Source: Clostridia bacterium (GTDB lineage Bacteria; Bacillota; Clostridia; TANB77; CAG-508). From it: DNA of 64,000 nucleotides. The notes below the pieces were generated by a model that saw only the letters and a program-made list of their open reading frames with translations, had not been told where the DNA came from and did no database searches. The stretch is from contig JAFTFU010000004.1 of NCBI GenBank assembly GCA_017458285.1, positions 52,561 through 116,560 of the forward strand, read 5' to 3'. The first letter of the stretch is position 1; each line of letters starts with the position of its first letter. Of this stretch, positions 1 through 12,835 are shown piece by piece. A program made the translations under genes and the position numbers.

Positions 1-1
1 T

Positions 2-3000
2 ACAATTACTAAATTAGCTTATTCTTAGGCATCGTTAGCAGATACTGCTTTTACTTATCCAACTGTTTGGAATGGATATGAGTTACGTGCTACTACAAAA
101 TCTGCATTAAGAGACGCAATAGAAAAACAAGGAATTCATGAAGATTATTTACTTTGGGGTGGGCATGCTCTAGGTACTAACAGTTGGAGTCCAATTGATA
201 CAGTGTTAAATGATTATACTCGTGGAAATGGTTTTGCAGGTTTACCTGCTGCAAACATAACAGTTGAACACTCTACTAATGCAGGCTCTTCTTGGACTAC
301 AACTTCAGTATCAGATTTAGTAAAATGTAATTTAGTAACTAATGATTAGTCTCAAGTTAGAATTGTAGCAAGTGGAAATGTTCCTAATAATGCAAATCCT
401 CAATTGAGAATAACGATTAAATGTTCTGGTTCAACTTATTTTTAGTTAAAAAAGATTCATATTTTGATTAGTACGAGTGGATCATCAGGATGTAAAGTTA
501 CTATTAAAGGTTCTTTAAATTCTGCACCTACTAATTTTAATTAGACAATTTGTGATGATGTTGCTGTTACTGGGTGGAGTGGATGGAATTCTATTACTTG
601 TGATACAGTTGTAGGTGCAAATGATAGTCAAATTCATTCTTTACAATTTACTTTTACTTAGACAGGTGTTAGTTCTAGTTATGTTACATCGGGGTTCTGT
701 GTTTACAATATTTCTGGATATGGTTATATGAAACATACAGCTCCTTCACAATTAGCAAAATAGAGTCATGTTTATACCATAGATGGTAATGATAATGTAA
801 CTTTTCCAAATACAGGCTCTGTAATAATTAGTAAAACTCAAGATGCATCGGGAACAGCTGATAATAAACCAGCTTTAATTGTAGGTGGTCTTTCAACCGG
901 CTCTCATATTGAAATAGATTCAAATGAAATTCTTGCTAAATCTAATGGAACAACTCCTACAACATTATATTTACAAGATACTACTGGAACTGTCTCGGTC
1001 GCAGGTAGTGGAGGTTTAATTGTTTCAAATTTAACTGCATCTCAAGCAGTTTCTACAGACACAAATAAAAAATTGGTTTCTTCTAATCTTACTACAGCAG
1101 ACCCTTCAGCTTCTGGTTCAGGAATTACTTATATAGCAAGTATTTCTTAGAGCGCGATTGGTAAAATTACAGCTACTAAATCAACAGTAAGAAATGCTTC
1201 TACTTCACAAACAGGCGTTTTACAATTTACTGCAGCTAATACAAATACACAATTAAATACTTTAACTACCGGTAGTTCTACACCAGTAGATGCAGATTAT
1301 TATATTTCTCAATATGTTGGGGGAGGTACAACTACTACAACGTATCATCGTCGTCCAATGTCCGCACTGTGGGATTATATAAAAGGACATATTATTGACG
1401 ATTTATATTGGGCTAATATTAAAGTATAGGATAGTAGTAAGACTGATACTATTCCTACTTTTAAAACTATTTATTTTGGAAGTGTTGATCCTACTACAAG
1501 TGGAAGAGGTATATTAACATTCAGTTCTACATACCCTAATTATGGATTATGGTATTTTAATGATTCTACTGATGTTATTACTTTAGATGGCCATGGAAAA
1601 GCCAATAGTAAAACAGAAGCTGATTTAGCCATTAATGCTTTAGGTGCGGGTATTATTTCTACAAGAAATAGATATATACCTCATACTGGAAATACTACTG
1701 GTACAGTTGGTACAGCAATAAAACCTGTATATGTAGATGCTGGACAAATTAAAGCCAGCACTTCTACTATTGGAACTTTTGAAAAACCAATATATTTAAA
1801 CGCGGGCACCATTACTGCTTTAAATCCTGTTTGGCTATTAAGTGGTGGAACTGCAACTGCGAATAATGAAGATTTAAACGCTGCAAAATATAAAGTCATT
1901 GGAAATTATTATAGTGATGAAAATGCTAAATCTAAAACTATTTTAAATAGTCCTTTTGGAGCCGCTGCTTCTACTAATTGTTTAAGTTTTACCCTAAAAA
2001 CAGAAGCCTCTTTAGGCACAGGTACAACTTATCTTCGCTAGCTTTGGAGAAGTTATAATTCAGGAGTTGAAGCTGAAAGAACTTCTGCAAACAGTGGTTC
2101 TTCTTGGTCTACTTGGAGAACTAAAGTATTTAAAAATAGTGATGCTACTACTGCCGCTGGAAATAGTACAACACCAGTTTATGTAACTGCAAATGGTGCT
2201 GTTGCTACAGGTTATCCTTATTTAAGATATATTAATTCAACGGATGTTACAACTTATTCTGTAGATGAATTAGGAAAAACTGCAAGCATTGCATATATTA
2301 GAGCTACTGATGCTAATGCTCCTGTGTCAGGTCATATGATGTATATTAATGCTGGAATAGGACATATGGGAACTCCATTTTAGATTGGTATTCATGATAG
2401 TGATAATTTATATATTTATAAAAGATGGTATTCTTCTAGTGCATGGTCTGCTTGGACTAAGATGAATGCAGGACATGCAGACACTGCTTCACAAGTTTAT
2501 TCTACTCATACGTATCCAACAACTCGTTCATATATAGAATATCAACAAAATTAGTCTACTGGAAGTGGCAACGTTAGTTTAAGACACCATAATGCATTAT
2601 CAGTAAGTAGTAATATGGATACGACGAATACTTCAACAAGATGGACAGAATTATGGATTGGTAATGCAACTGCCTCTGGGACAGTTGGTAATAGTCAAGG
2701 TTGGTTAGCTCTTTATACTTCTGGAGTAAATTATACATAGATTTCCGCTTATGGAACTGGTAATAACAATTATTTTAATATTCCTAATTATTCAGGAACA
2801 GGTTATGCTCTTACTAGTTCAACTTTAACTAAAGGTTCAGCTACTAAAGGAATATATATTACTACAAATGGTCAAGCAGCAGAAATGTCTCATGAATTAA
2901 AAGCTACAGTTAATTCAGGAACTGAAAGTCGTTTAGCTTATTATTCAGCTGAGGGAACTATTTCTCCTGCTTCTCATATTTAGTATATTCCTACTCAAAA

Positions 3001-5977
3001 TGCAGAGTTAGGTACAACTAAAGGTTCAGTAAATGGTTTATTTATTTATGGTCCTGCTTATGGCAATGACACTGCTAATTTAGGAAGTGCTACGATTAAT
3101 GTATTTAGATATGGAGACCCTGGTCCTTAGATTAGATTTAGCACTGGATTAGGAACTGCTAATGCAGGAGCTGCAGAATCAAGCGCTATAATTTGGTCTG
3201 ATCATTCTTCTAGCATTGGAACAGATTAGTCTTTTCATTTTGTAGGATAGAATAATACATCTCATGCAGCTTCTAATGTTGGAGTTGTAACAAATACTTT
3301 TATTGGTAAAACACGTATATCTGCTGGTGTAAATTATGCTAATACTAATTATGTACTTTTTTCTAATGGTACAACAGGAATAAATGGATAGCTTTATTTG
3401 CAAGGCGCTTCTACAAGAGATACTGCACCTTCTTCTAACGATAATAGAGTTTTATATTTTACAGATTCAGCACGAAATGATTAGGGCCATATTTATTTTA
3501 GACATAATACTGCTGGTCAGCATTTAATGTATTTAAATACTTATTCTTCTGGCACTAAAGGAACTAGAGATCATATTGTATTAATTTCTGATACTGATAC
3601 TACAGATCCTCATTATATACAAATTAATTCTAGAATTAGCACTGGATTAAATATTAGTGGTACTAGAGGTTTTGCATATAATGCTGCTACCGCTGGAACG
3701 CATATTAGTGCGGCTGGCAATATACATATTACAGCAGCGTCACCTTATATTTAGTTTTATAATAATACTTCAGCATCTTATACGGGATATATTCAAGATA
3801 CAGCTGCTAATGGCATGGTTTTTAATCATGCAACAGTAGCAACGACCGCAGTTACCGCTTTAAGTCCTATTAATTCAAGTTTTAAACCTTAGTTTCAATT
3901 TGGAGGCTTAACTTATGTTAATGGAATATTAACTACTAATGGCTCTGCTTATATTAAAGGACGTGTTACAAGTTATGACTAGTGGAATATAATTTATTTA
4001 TCTAATATTACTAAAACAACAGCCCCCTCAAGTAGCACAGATGGAGGAATTATATTAAGAGATAAAGCAGGTACTAATTTAGCACTATTTCGAATTTGGG
4101 AAAATACCTCAATGGATAGATGTGCCAATATGTATGTTTATGGTAATAGCAATAATGCTGAAGTATCAATTTTTGCAAAAGCAGATGGTGATAGATATTT
4201 ACAGTGGACTGGAGGTATTATAAATCATACAGTTGAAGTCCGAGGACTTTTAAAGAGTACTAATTATTCTAATACTGTAACTATTGGTTCACAAAATGCA
4301 GGTTACACTCATATTTATAATAGTGCTAATATTCCTTTCATTTTTAATAAAAGTGTTTTAACTGCTGCGGGGGATTTAGGTGATACATCTTATCCTTGGC
4401 ATAATATTGTTTTAGGTAATTCTGCAGGAACAGCAAATGCTGATATTATTTTACATAGTTCTAAAGCTAATAATACACTGATTAGATTTTTAGTTAATAC
4501 TTCTAATGGTGATGGTCAAGGTATCCGCATTGGCGGCGGAGGATTAACCATTATTGGCGGTGGAGAATCTGCAGCAACAGTATAGTCTGGCACTGGTTAT
4601 GCAAGCGATGCAGAACAAATGCTTGTTACCAATGATTCGAGCATTAAATTTTATCCCAATCAATAGAGTGGTTATACTGCTTCAGCTTTAATTGAAATGA
4701 CTGCAGGTAGACTTTGGGTTGGAGTTAATGGAGATACTACAAGAGAGAATCAAATTTTAGTTCAGTCAGGCGCAGGACAATTATATATGTATAGCGCTGC
4801 TTCTACGACAGGAGCAAAGGGAATATATTTTCCTGCTCATGGAGATAATCCAGCAGGCTATATTGCTTATGTTGATTCAGAGCATAGAGTTTATTATAAT
4901 GGTAATTTTACAAGCCAAAGAGTTAAATTAATTGCAAATCAAGGTTCGCAAATTAATTCTGGAGTTTGGCTTAGAACTTGTATTGTTCAGAGTTATTAGA
5001 ATTATGCTAATTTTTAGATTAGATTAACTGGAGGATGGTCAACTGGTAGTCCAACAATAGCTACTATTGATGTAAATATGCGTAATGGTTTGGCTTCTAT
5101 GAAATTAGTTCATAGAGGATTTTTAGGAGTAATTGGTAAAGTAAAATTAGTTAAATTAGCAACTAATACCGCATATTTAGATGTTTATGTAAGAGAAAAT
5201 TCTAATAATACAGATTATTTTGGTCAATTTATTGGAAATGTCACTGTTACTCAAGATAATAATACAACTCATGGAACAACAAATGTTACTACTACAGATG
5301 TTACTGGTTTAGACGTTTTAGATTTAACAGTTGCAGTAGGAAATGCTTCAACACCAGTATATATTGATGCCACTGGTAATCCTGTAGCTTGCACCGCTTA
5401 TAATTCCGCAACAAATATTAGAGCTGCAACAGTTAATATTAACAATGATACAACTTCTAAATTATTTGTTTTAGGAGCAACTACTACTGGGTATACTTCT
5501 ATTTATAGAGAATCATCTGTATACATGCAAAACAATGTTCTTATGGGAGCTGCTTGGAACGACTATGCAGAATTCCGTCAATCAAAAGAAAGTAAAAAAA
5601 TTGAACCAGGTAGAGTAGTTTATGAAAATGGTGATGATACATTAAGTATGTCAAATGAGAGATTAATGCGTGGATGTAGTATTGTATCTGATACTTATGG
5701 TTTTGGCATTGGCGAATCTGAAGAGGCTCAACTTCCAATAGCCGTTTCTGGACGAGTATTAGCTTATCCCTATGAAAATAAAGAAGAATTTAAAACATAT
5801 ATTGGTTGGCCAGTTTGTTCTGGTCCAAATGGAACAGTTAGTATAATGACTGAAGAAGAAGAAATAAAATATCCAAGTCGTATTATTGGAACTATATCAG
5901 CAGTACCAGACTATGAGATTTGGCATGGTGGTGTTGATGTAATAGTTGACGGGCGAGTTTGGATTAAAGTGAGGTAA
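2..5977 (+). CDS. giant tail fibre / receptor-binding protein (5' end outside window; ~1991 codons here, dozens of sense TAG codons)
   Basis: Frame 2 stays open from nt 2 to TAA 5975-5977 if TAG is sense. This was checked codon by codon at 2-1500, 3750-4120 and 4580-5080. Track ORFs 3527, 4112, 4697 and 5078 are all in this frame. Composition is S/T/G/N-rich and fibre-like. The C-terminus (AAWNDYAEFRQ...AVSGRVLAY...DGRVWIKV) resembles the autoproteolytic intramolecular-chaperone domains of phage fibres. Confidence 0.8.
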
Positions 5978-5982
5978 TAAAT

Positions 5983-6384
5983 ATGGATTATAATGAATTA
6001 ATAACATCTATTTTTCAAATAGTTATCATTCCTTGTTTAGGAATATTAACTGGATTTTTTGTTAAATGGATTAATGCTAAAATTAATGAATTAGCAATTA
6101 AAACAAAAAATGAAAAAGAACAAAAATATTTATATATGTTAAAAGATACTATTACTTCAGCTGTAATAGCAGTAAATCAAACATATGTAGATAGTTTAAA
6201 GTAGCAAGGAACATTTGATATAGAGGCGCAAGGCAAAGCATTTACTATGGTTTATAATTAGATACTTTTATTACTGGGCGATGAAGGTAAAAAGTATTTA
6301 GCTGAAATTGTAGGAGATGTAAATAGTTATATAACTATGGAAATTGAAGCTGCTGTAAATCAAAATAAACTTAAAAAAGAGTAA
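5983..6384 (+). CDS. putative holin (LL-H-like)
   Basis: ATG lies 5 nt after the fibre stop. One sense TAG at 6202-6204; TAA at 6382-6384. N-terminal TM helix IFQIVIIPCLGILTGFFV followed by a charged amphipathic tail. A terminator follows. Confidence 0.55.
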
Positions 6385-6391
6385 AAAAAAT

Positions 6392-6424
6392 AAAAGGAGA
6401 ACAATGTAATATTGTTCTCCTTTT
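6392..6424. terminator. bidirectional rho-independent terminator between convergent genes
   Basis: Stem ggagaacaat / attgttctcc with loop gtaat, flanked by an A-run and a T-run. Confidence 0.75.
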
Positions 6425-6425
6425 A

Positions 6426-6971
6426 TTAAAATATTCCATAAATTTTTAAATGAATGTAACATTGAAAACCACTCACAAAAGTCGCATTGTAAACTAATCG
6501 AGGCTCAAAAGTTAAAGTATTAATAGTTGTAGCAGGAGCAGTTGTTTCAAATTTAATTGATCTATCAAAAGAACCGCTAGTATATTCAAATTGAGTCTAA
6601 AAATATTCACTACGTTCTTCTACAGTTAACTAAGTTCCATTAGATACAGTACCAGTCCTTCCTGCCCAAGACCCTAGGTATATGGAAGTCCCAGAGCTAG
6701 AAGGAGATCCCTTTATTAAAAGAAAATATTTACGGCCGTTAGTAGAAGACATATTTACATTAGTAGTTGCTTTTAAATATGTATTAGATTGTAGTTCTAC
6801 TGAATAACATAACCAATTCTAAAGATTTGGAATAGAAATATTCCATGCAGCACCATCAAGTGGGCTTGTAGTTGTTACATCTTTTAATAAAATTTTATTA
6901 GCTCTTAAAGGTAATTTAGCAAAATTTGTCATATCACTTGCTAAAATTAAACTACCCTAACTTATTGCCAT
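6426..6971 (-). CDS. hypothetical small protein, paralogue-like to 57374..57811 (shared N-terminal motif and identical 5' leader)
   Basis: ATG 6969-6971 to TAA 6426-6428, 182 codons with 4 sense TAG. N-terminus is MAISQGSLILASDMTNF. The 60 nt upstream are nearly identical to those upstream of 57374. Confidence 0.7.
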
Positions 6972-7030
6972 ATTTTCAACTCCTTTTTTTTCTTTTATAG
7001 TAACAAAAAAAAAAAAAAAGAGTCAAAAAA
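6972..7030 (-). promoter_or_regulatory. conserved promoter/5'-leader cassette TTTGACTC-T15-GTTACTATAAAAGAAAAAAAAGGAGTTGAAAAT-ATG (copy 1)
   Basis: The reverse complement is almost identical to 57322-57373. It contains TTGACT, a long T tract, TATAAA, and a GGAG RBS 9 nt from the ATG. Confidence 0.45.
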
Positions 7031-7031
7031 T

Positions 7032-7065
7032 AAAGGGTGGAAGTAAATTAATACTTCCACCCTTT
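7032..7065. terminator. hairpin terminator
   Basis: Stem aaagggtggaagta / tacttccacccttt with loop aattaa. It sits between the end of gene 7065..7529 and the promoter cassette. Confidence 0.7.
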
Positions 7066-7529
7066 TATGGTTTTATGTGATTGTTAAATTTATCTACCAC
7101 TCTTTTATGCAAGGCATCGCCAGCATGATTACCGCCTAAGCCTTTATAAGCAACATAATCTTCTTCAAACTATTCATATTCGTCAACTGTAATTATATGC
7201 TCTGGGTCTAATAAGAAAATACACTAATCTCTAAACTATTTTCCTTGGAGTGATAAAACACCAATAGTAAGATTTTCTACATTATTAGATAATACTTCTA
7301 TTTCTTCTTTCATTATTCTATCATTTTCATCTGATTTCTATTCTACTTTATCAATTTTTTCAGTTAATTCATCTACTATTTCTTCTCGCATTTCTTTCAT
7401 TCGTTCAGCTTTTACTTTATTAACACTTTCTTTTTCTAATTTAATGATATGTTTTGCCCATACAACAATTCCAGCTGCAATAATACCACATATCCACTAT
7501 AACCAATATTTTATAAAAATGTCTAACAC
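7065..7529 (-). CDS. hypothetical membrane-anchored coiled-coil protein
   Basis: GTG start at 7529, 4 nt after the RBS AAAGGAGGAGG. TAA at 7065-7067; 5 sense TAG. TM segment WICGIIAAGIVVW followed by a K/E-rich helix. Confidence 0.6.
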
Positions 7530-7604
7530 TTGTCCTCCTCCTTTCATTATCATATATTATCAAAATTAAATAAATTTAATTATACAAAATTACCCTAAAA
7601 TTTT

Positions 7605-7634
7605 TTGGACAAAGAGTAACAATAATCTTAAAAT
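7605..7634 (+). promoter_or_regulatory. possible promoter for the + strand small-gene operon
   Basis: TTGGAC (7605-7610), 18 nt spacer, TAAAAT (7629-7634), about 70 nt upstream of ATG 7703. Confidence 0.3.
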
Positions 7635-7702
7635 AATTTTTAAATAATAATGCAAGGGAAAAGATATTAAATAAATTATAGAAAGAAGGTTTAGTCTGAA
7701 TA

Positions 7703-8137
7703 ATGCAATAGCAAAATTATTATTATACTCCGCAAGTTCCTAGATATACTGCACAACCTCAACAACCTATTGCTGCGCCAATGCTTCGTGGACGTCCTGT
7801 TTCAAGCTTGGAGGAAGTGCGTGCGGCAGCAGTAGATTTTGATGGTATAGTAACATATTTTCCTGATTTGCCAAAAGGTCGTATCTATACAAAACAATGT
7901 AATATGGATGGGACTTCTTCAATTAATCTTTATGAATTAAAACCTATTCCAACAGAAACCGCATCTCCAGAAAATTTTGTTACTCGTGAAGAGTTTAATT
8001 AGGCAATTACGGCAATTAAAGAAGCATTTAATTCAACGACTAAAATTGATTCATAGCAAAGTCAAACTTCTCAAATTCAAAATCAAAATATAAATACTCA
8101 AGCGTAGAAACCCTTGTAGGAATTTAATTTTAATTAA
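7703..8137 (+). CDS. hypothetical protein (Q/N-rich ends)
   Basis: ATG 7703 after GAAAGAAGG. The track ORF 7781..8002 extends in frame through sense TAGs to TAA 8135-8137. Confidence 0.65.
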
Positions 8138-8151
8138 AGGAGAACTATAAT

Positions 8152-8400
8152 ATGAATTAGCCTATTAATAATCCAATGCAATTTATGCAAGCGATTAGAG
8201 GAGGACAAAACCCTCAACAGTTGATGTTGCAAATGCTTCAACAAAGAATGGGAAATACTCCCATGGGTTAGAATTTAATGCAATTAGCGCAAAATAATGA
8301 TATTGCAGGCATTGAACAGATAGCCCGCAATCTTTGTGCTTAGCGAGGTCTTGACTTTGATTAGGAATTTTCTTCCTTTAAACAACGCTTGGGGCTATAA
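8152..8400 (+). CDS. hypothetical small Q/M-rich protein
   Basis: RBS AAAGGAGAA then ATG 8152. 4 sense TAG; TAA 8398-8400. Confidence 0.6.
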
Positions 8401-8420
8401 TCCAAAAGGAGGAAATAGAT

Positions 8421-9218
8421 ATGTTTAATAATAACAACGGCTATAGTTTATCAGATATTGCGGCTGCTACTGGAAATGGTAATGATGGTTTCTTTGGTGG
8501 CAACAATGGCTGGTGGGTAATTCTATTATTCTTATTTGCTTTTGGCGGTTGGGGAAACAACGGTTGGAACAATGGAAATAATGGTGCCGCTAATGACGTT
8601 AGTTATAATTTTGACATTCATGATTTAGATGAGGGTATTCGTGGCTTAACTGCAAGTACTGCTAGTGGTTTTTATAATACTAATAACAGTATGCTTACTG
8701 GTTTTGCTAATGCTCAATCTCAACTTTGTAATACAGGTTTTGATGTAATTCAAGCAATTAATCAAAACACTGTTGCAGGTCTCCAAAATACTAATATGCT
8801 TCAGACTCAATTAGCTGATCATACTGCCGCAGAGCAATTAGCTAATTGTCAAGCTGTTAATACGTTAAATCAACAGTTTGCTAATTTAAATTATAATTTA
8901 GCTACTCAAGAATGTGATACTCGTAGAGCTGCTCAAGATATTGGTAGAGAGATTATTGATAATCAGAACAATAATCATCGTCAGCTTATGGACTTTATGG
9001 TTCAAAGTCAAATGTCTTCTCTTCTTTCTGAGAATCAAACTTTAAAGAATCAAATTTCTCAAAGTGAACAAAATGCATACCTTATTAATGCTTTAAGACC
9101 TTCAGCAGAGCCTGCTTACTTAGTTGCCAATCCTTATACTGGAACTTATGGCACTTATGGCTATAATGCTATGTTTGGCGGTCCTCTCAATAATGGTTTT
9201 GGGCCTGGCCCATTTTGA
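8421..9218 (+). CDS. hypothetical G/N-rich membrane protein with Q/N-rich coiled coil
   Basis: Intact 265-aa ORF after the RBS AAAGGAGGAAA. TM segment WWVILLFLFAFGGWG. Confidence 0.8.
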   Translation: MFNNNNGYSLSDIAAATGNGNDGFFGGNNGWWVILLFLFAFGGWGNNGWNNGNNGAANDVSYNFDIHDLDEGIRGLTASTASGFYNTNNSMLTGFANAQSQLCNTGFDVIQAINQNTVAGLQNTNMLQTQLADHTAAEQLANCQAVNTLNQQFANLNYNLATQECDTRRAAQDIGREIIDNQNNNHRQLMDFMVQSQMSSLLSENQTLKNQISQSEQNAYLINALRPSAEPAYLVANPYTGTYGTYGYNAMFGGPLNNGFGPGPF

Positions 9219-9237
9219 TTGAGGGGGTGACTAATCA

Positions 9238-9660
9238 ATGGAAATAACCGCAAATGCTATTCAAACAGTACAACCTAATTAGGCTGTTTTATTTACATCT
9301 ACAGCTATTCCAGGTAATTTATCTATGATACATCGTGAAGGTAGCGGATTGGTTGGCTTACGCGGGTTGACTAATGGTCAACGTCGTGCAAGATTCCTAG
9401 TTCGTTTTGGAGGAAATATTGCTGTTCCTACTGGACAAACTGTTGGTCCAATCACTTTAGCAATTGCCATTAATGGTGAAGCTGTTTAGACTTCAAGCAT
9501 GATTTCCACTCCTGCAGCTGTAGATAATTATAATAATGTAAATGCTGCATTGCATATTGATGTACCTATTGGATGTTGTAATGAAATTAGTGTTAAAAAT
9601 ATTAGCACTATTCCAATAAATGTTCAAAATGCTAATCTGATTGTAGAGAGGGTGGCATAA
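9238..9660 (+). CDS. hypothetical protein (beta-rich, possibly structural)
   Basis: RBS GAGGGGGTGA then ATG 9238. 2 sense TAG; TAA 9658-9660. Confidence 0.7.
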
Positions 9661-10283
9661 TGGAACGTTTAATTCAAATGAAAGAATAGCTAGTATCTGC
9701 TATTCAAGGACAAATGACTAATTTAAAAGATACTAACACAAAAGAACTTGGCGAAGCCATTGATATGGTTAAAGATTTATCTGAAGCTATTTATTATTGT
9801 ACTGTTACAAAAGCAATGGAAGAACATTCAGAAAATCAAAAAATGCCAATGAGTGAAAATAATAATTATTATTATACAGAAAAATACTATCCTTATAGAG
9901 ACATGGATAAAGATTCTGGTAAAATGTATTATCCCGATCATATGAGTTACTATGGTGGTAATAGTGGCGGAGGCAATTCCTCTTCAAGTTCATCTTCTGG
10001 AATGAGCGGTGGTAATAGTAGCGGACAAAGTTCTAACTATTATACTGAACGTGATTATCCAACTATGCGCGATTCAAGAGAAGGCCGCAGTCCAATGAGA
10101 CGTAGAATGTATATGGAATCTAAAGCAGCTCATCAAGAGGATAAAGCTATGAATGATTTAGAAAACTATATGCGTGATTTAAACCAAGATATTATGGAAA
10201 TGATTAGTCAAGCATCTCCAGAAGAAAAACAAATGCTTCAAAAGAAAATAAACGTTTTAGCTACTAAGCTTCAAAATGTTTGA
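9660..10283 (+). CDS. hypothetical protein with Ser/Gly-rich low-complexity centre
   Basis: ATG 9660 overlaps the preceding TAA (TAATG). One sense TAG joins it to the track ORF 9714..10283. Confidence 0.7.
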
Positions 10284-10584
10284 AATAAATCATATTAATT
10301 GGGATATTAAATTAGTTTCTTTTAATCATCCAAAAGTGCGGCGAAGTGATGGTTCATTTGCGCTTGGAGCTTGTGATGACACCACTAAAACAATTTATAT
10401 TAGTGAAGATGTTCCAAGTTATAAAATTAAAAAAGTGTTATGTCATGAAATTACTCATGCCGCGATGTTTAGTTATAATGTAAATCTTAATATAGATTAG
10501 GAAGAATTAATCGCAGATTTAATAGCAACATATGGTGAAGAAATTATAGCCATTACAAATAAAATTTTTGCTAAAATAGCTTAA
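10276..10584 (+). CDS. small HExxH zinc-metallopeptidase-like protein
   Basis: HEITH motif (CHEITHAAMF). The track ORF extends through TAG 10498-10500 to TAA 10582-10584. Confidence 0.65.
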
Positions 10585-10620
10585 AGGGGCTAGACTTAAT
10601 TGTCTAGCCCCTTATTTTTT
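10584..10620. terminator. rho-independent terminator at the convergence of the + and - gene blocks
   Basis: Stem aaggggctagac / gtctagcccctt followed by a T6 run. Confidence 0.8.
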
Positions 10621-11106
10621 TTACTCTCCCCAATTAAAAGCAGCTTGCTTATTTGCGCAAGCACCTATACAAATGGCATCACAAATATCTTGAATAGGTT
10701 TAAGTCCATAGTTTTCATTTACCCAAGCCTATGCCGCACGTTTTTGTTCAGGTCGAGTTTTACCTTTTATACCTAAAACCGATTTCCAAGTTCCAGCTAA
10801 GATTGCTTCTACTGGAACTTTTAAATCTAAACAAAGTTCATAAAGAACTCCAAAAACTTCTGCGAGAATTTTAAATGTTTGTACATTATTTACTCGCTAT
10901 CCATCCATATAAATATCTTCTAAAAAAACTTTTTCAATTTGATTTTCTTGAATTAAAGTTTTTACTTGCAATTTTAATTCATGTAATCGTTCATAAACAT
11001 TTGTTATACTATGCAAATCAATTTTTCCATATGAATCTAATTTTCCATCTTGAAATATAGCCCAACCACTTACATTGCTTGCTTGGTCAAGTGCTAATAT
11101 TTTCAT
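10621..11106 (-). CDS. ruvC: RuvC-like Holliday junction resolvase
   Basis: MKILALDQASNVSGWAI N-terminus typical of phage RuvC. 162 codons with 2 sense TAG; TAA 10621-10623. Confidence 0.8.
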
Positions 11107-11945
11107 CTTTTTAGCTCCTTTATTTTTTCTTTAGTTAATTTATTTTTAGTATCAATTAACTCAGGACATTCTTTCCAGTGAAGAGGAATATTAGTAATGG
11201 GGTGTTTTCCTGCCGTTTTTGCTTTCCCACGAATACATCTTCTAATAGAACTTGAAGAAAAACCATATTTCTATTCTGCTTCTAAGCTTGAATTAAATGA
11301 TTCCTTTAATTCAAAACAATATATAGGAATTTTTATTCCTTTTAAAATTTCATGTTTATTTTTTAATTCATTAATTTTTTGTTGTTCTATTTGATTAGTA
11401 TAAATCCAATGAATAGGCTATCCATTGGGCATAAAACCTGCATATTTTAATTTATTTTTACAAACTTTTTGAATTGAGCTATTATCTATTCCAGTAGCTC
11501 GTTCAGCTTCTAAAGCACTTTCAAAAATTAAATCTAATTCAATACAATAAACTGATTTATTAATACTTTTTTTAAAAGTACCATCTTGCCACATCTAATA
11601 ATTTAATTTACGACGATTTTCTTTTTGATTTTTTGTTAGAGTATTTGTTAATCCTCCAGCTGTTAAATTATAACCATAATCTGGATCTTGTGTATTATAA
11701 AAAGCAATTAATTCTTGTTCTTTTAAATTAGCTTCTTCTTTAGTTAAATTAGAATAAAGAATATCGTGTGTAAAATTATCCCATCCATATTTTAAAATAG
11801 CAGAGCTAAAATGACTATTAGGCTATTTTTTTATATATTCATAACCGTTTTTACCCCATCTTTTTTTAGGAGTTTGCTTTGTCTATCCAATATATTTTTT
11901 ATTATTAATTTTATTAGTATGACAATAAATCTTGTAATTATTCAT
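11103..11945 (-). CDS. free-standing GIY-YIG homing endonuclease with repeated NUMOD/IENR-type DNA-binding modules
   Basis: NNYKIYCHTNKINNKKYIG(TAG)T. The TAG sits at the Q of the GIY-YIG motif. 281 codons. TGA overlaps the ruvC ATG (ATGA). Confidence 0.8.
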
Positions 11946-12018
11946 AAGATATTCCACCTTTCATAAAATATAAAAAATGGAATAATAATATTAAAATTTT
12001 TTGACCAATATTCCCAAA

Positions 12019-12603
12019 TTATTTGGAAGTACTGCCGAACCCCCCAGTGCGTTCAGATTTAATGGGAATATCTCCAGAAACAGTCCCATAATAAAGAAAA
12101 ATTCCTTGTCCAATTTTATCTCCCTTTTTAAGGAGAATATCTCTTGGAGATAGATTAATTAATTGAAAATAAATATGTCCTTCATTATCAGGATTATTAT
12201 AATAATCTCTATCAATAATACCTACACCATTAGCTAATACAAGCCAATGCTTTAAAGGTAAAGAGGAACGCACTTGAAGCTATAAATACATTTCACGAGG
12301 AATATAAGCTTTAATACCTGTTGGAACTAAAGTAGGTTTTACTTTTAATTTTTTAGTTTCAGCTGCAAGTTCATCTAATGTTACAGTGTGGTCAAATGGA
12401 AAATTCATTCTAATGTTTAAATAATCAAAACCGCCACTCTCAGGTTTAAAATAAGCAGGAATAATTGTGTCTTCTGCTACTATAAAATCATAACCAGCGC
12501 TATCCCAAGTTGCACGATGAGGCATTAATTCATCGTGTTCTTTATATTGAGAAATAAGCTCAAAGCGAGGAAAATCCATATTATTCTTCAATCCCTTCAC
12601 CAT
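12019..12603 (-). CDS. dut: dUTPase
   Basis: Two track ORFs join in frame through TAG 12280-12282 (..PREMYL-Q-LQVRSSLPLKHW..GVGIIDRDYYNN..ERTGGFGST). The start may instead be ATG 12579 (MDFPRF). Confidence 0.85.
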
Positions 12604-12835
12604 ACTTTACATAAAAATGACCTTCAGGAAACTTTTCTTCATTAAATACTTTCTTCGCTTTGACAATCTGATATTCTTCTACAATCTCGCCTTTTTCTTT
12701 AATGTATTTAGTAGTATAACTAAAATTTGTTAATTGAAACATAGGGTCATTAGCAAGCTCTTCATGAAGCTATTCAACTTCTTCAACAGTGCCAACGCGA
12801 TAAGTAGTTACATCGTTAATTAAATATTTATTCAT
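12581..12835 (-). CDS. hypothetical protein
   Basis: ATG 12833-12835 to TAA 12581-12583, 85 codons, one sense TAG. Confidence 0.6.
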
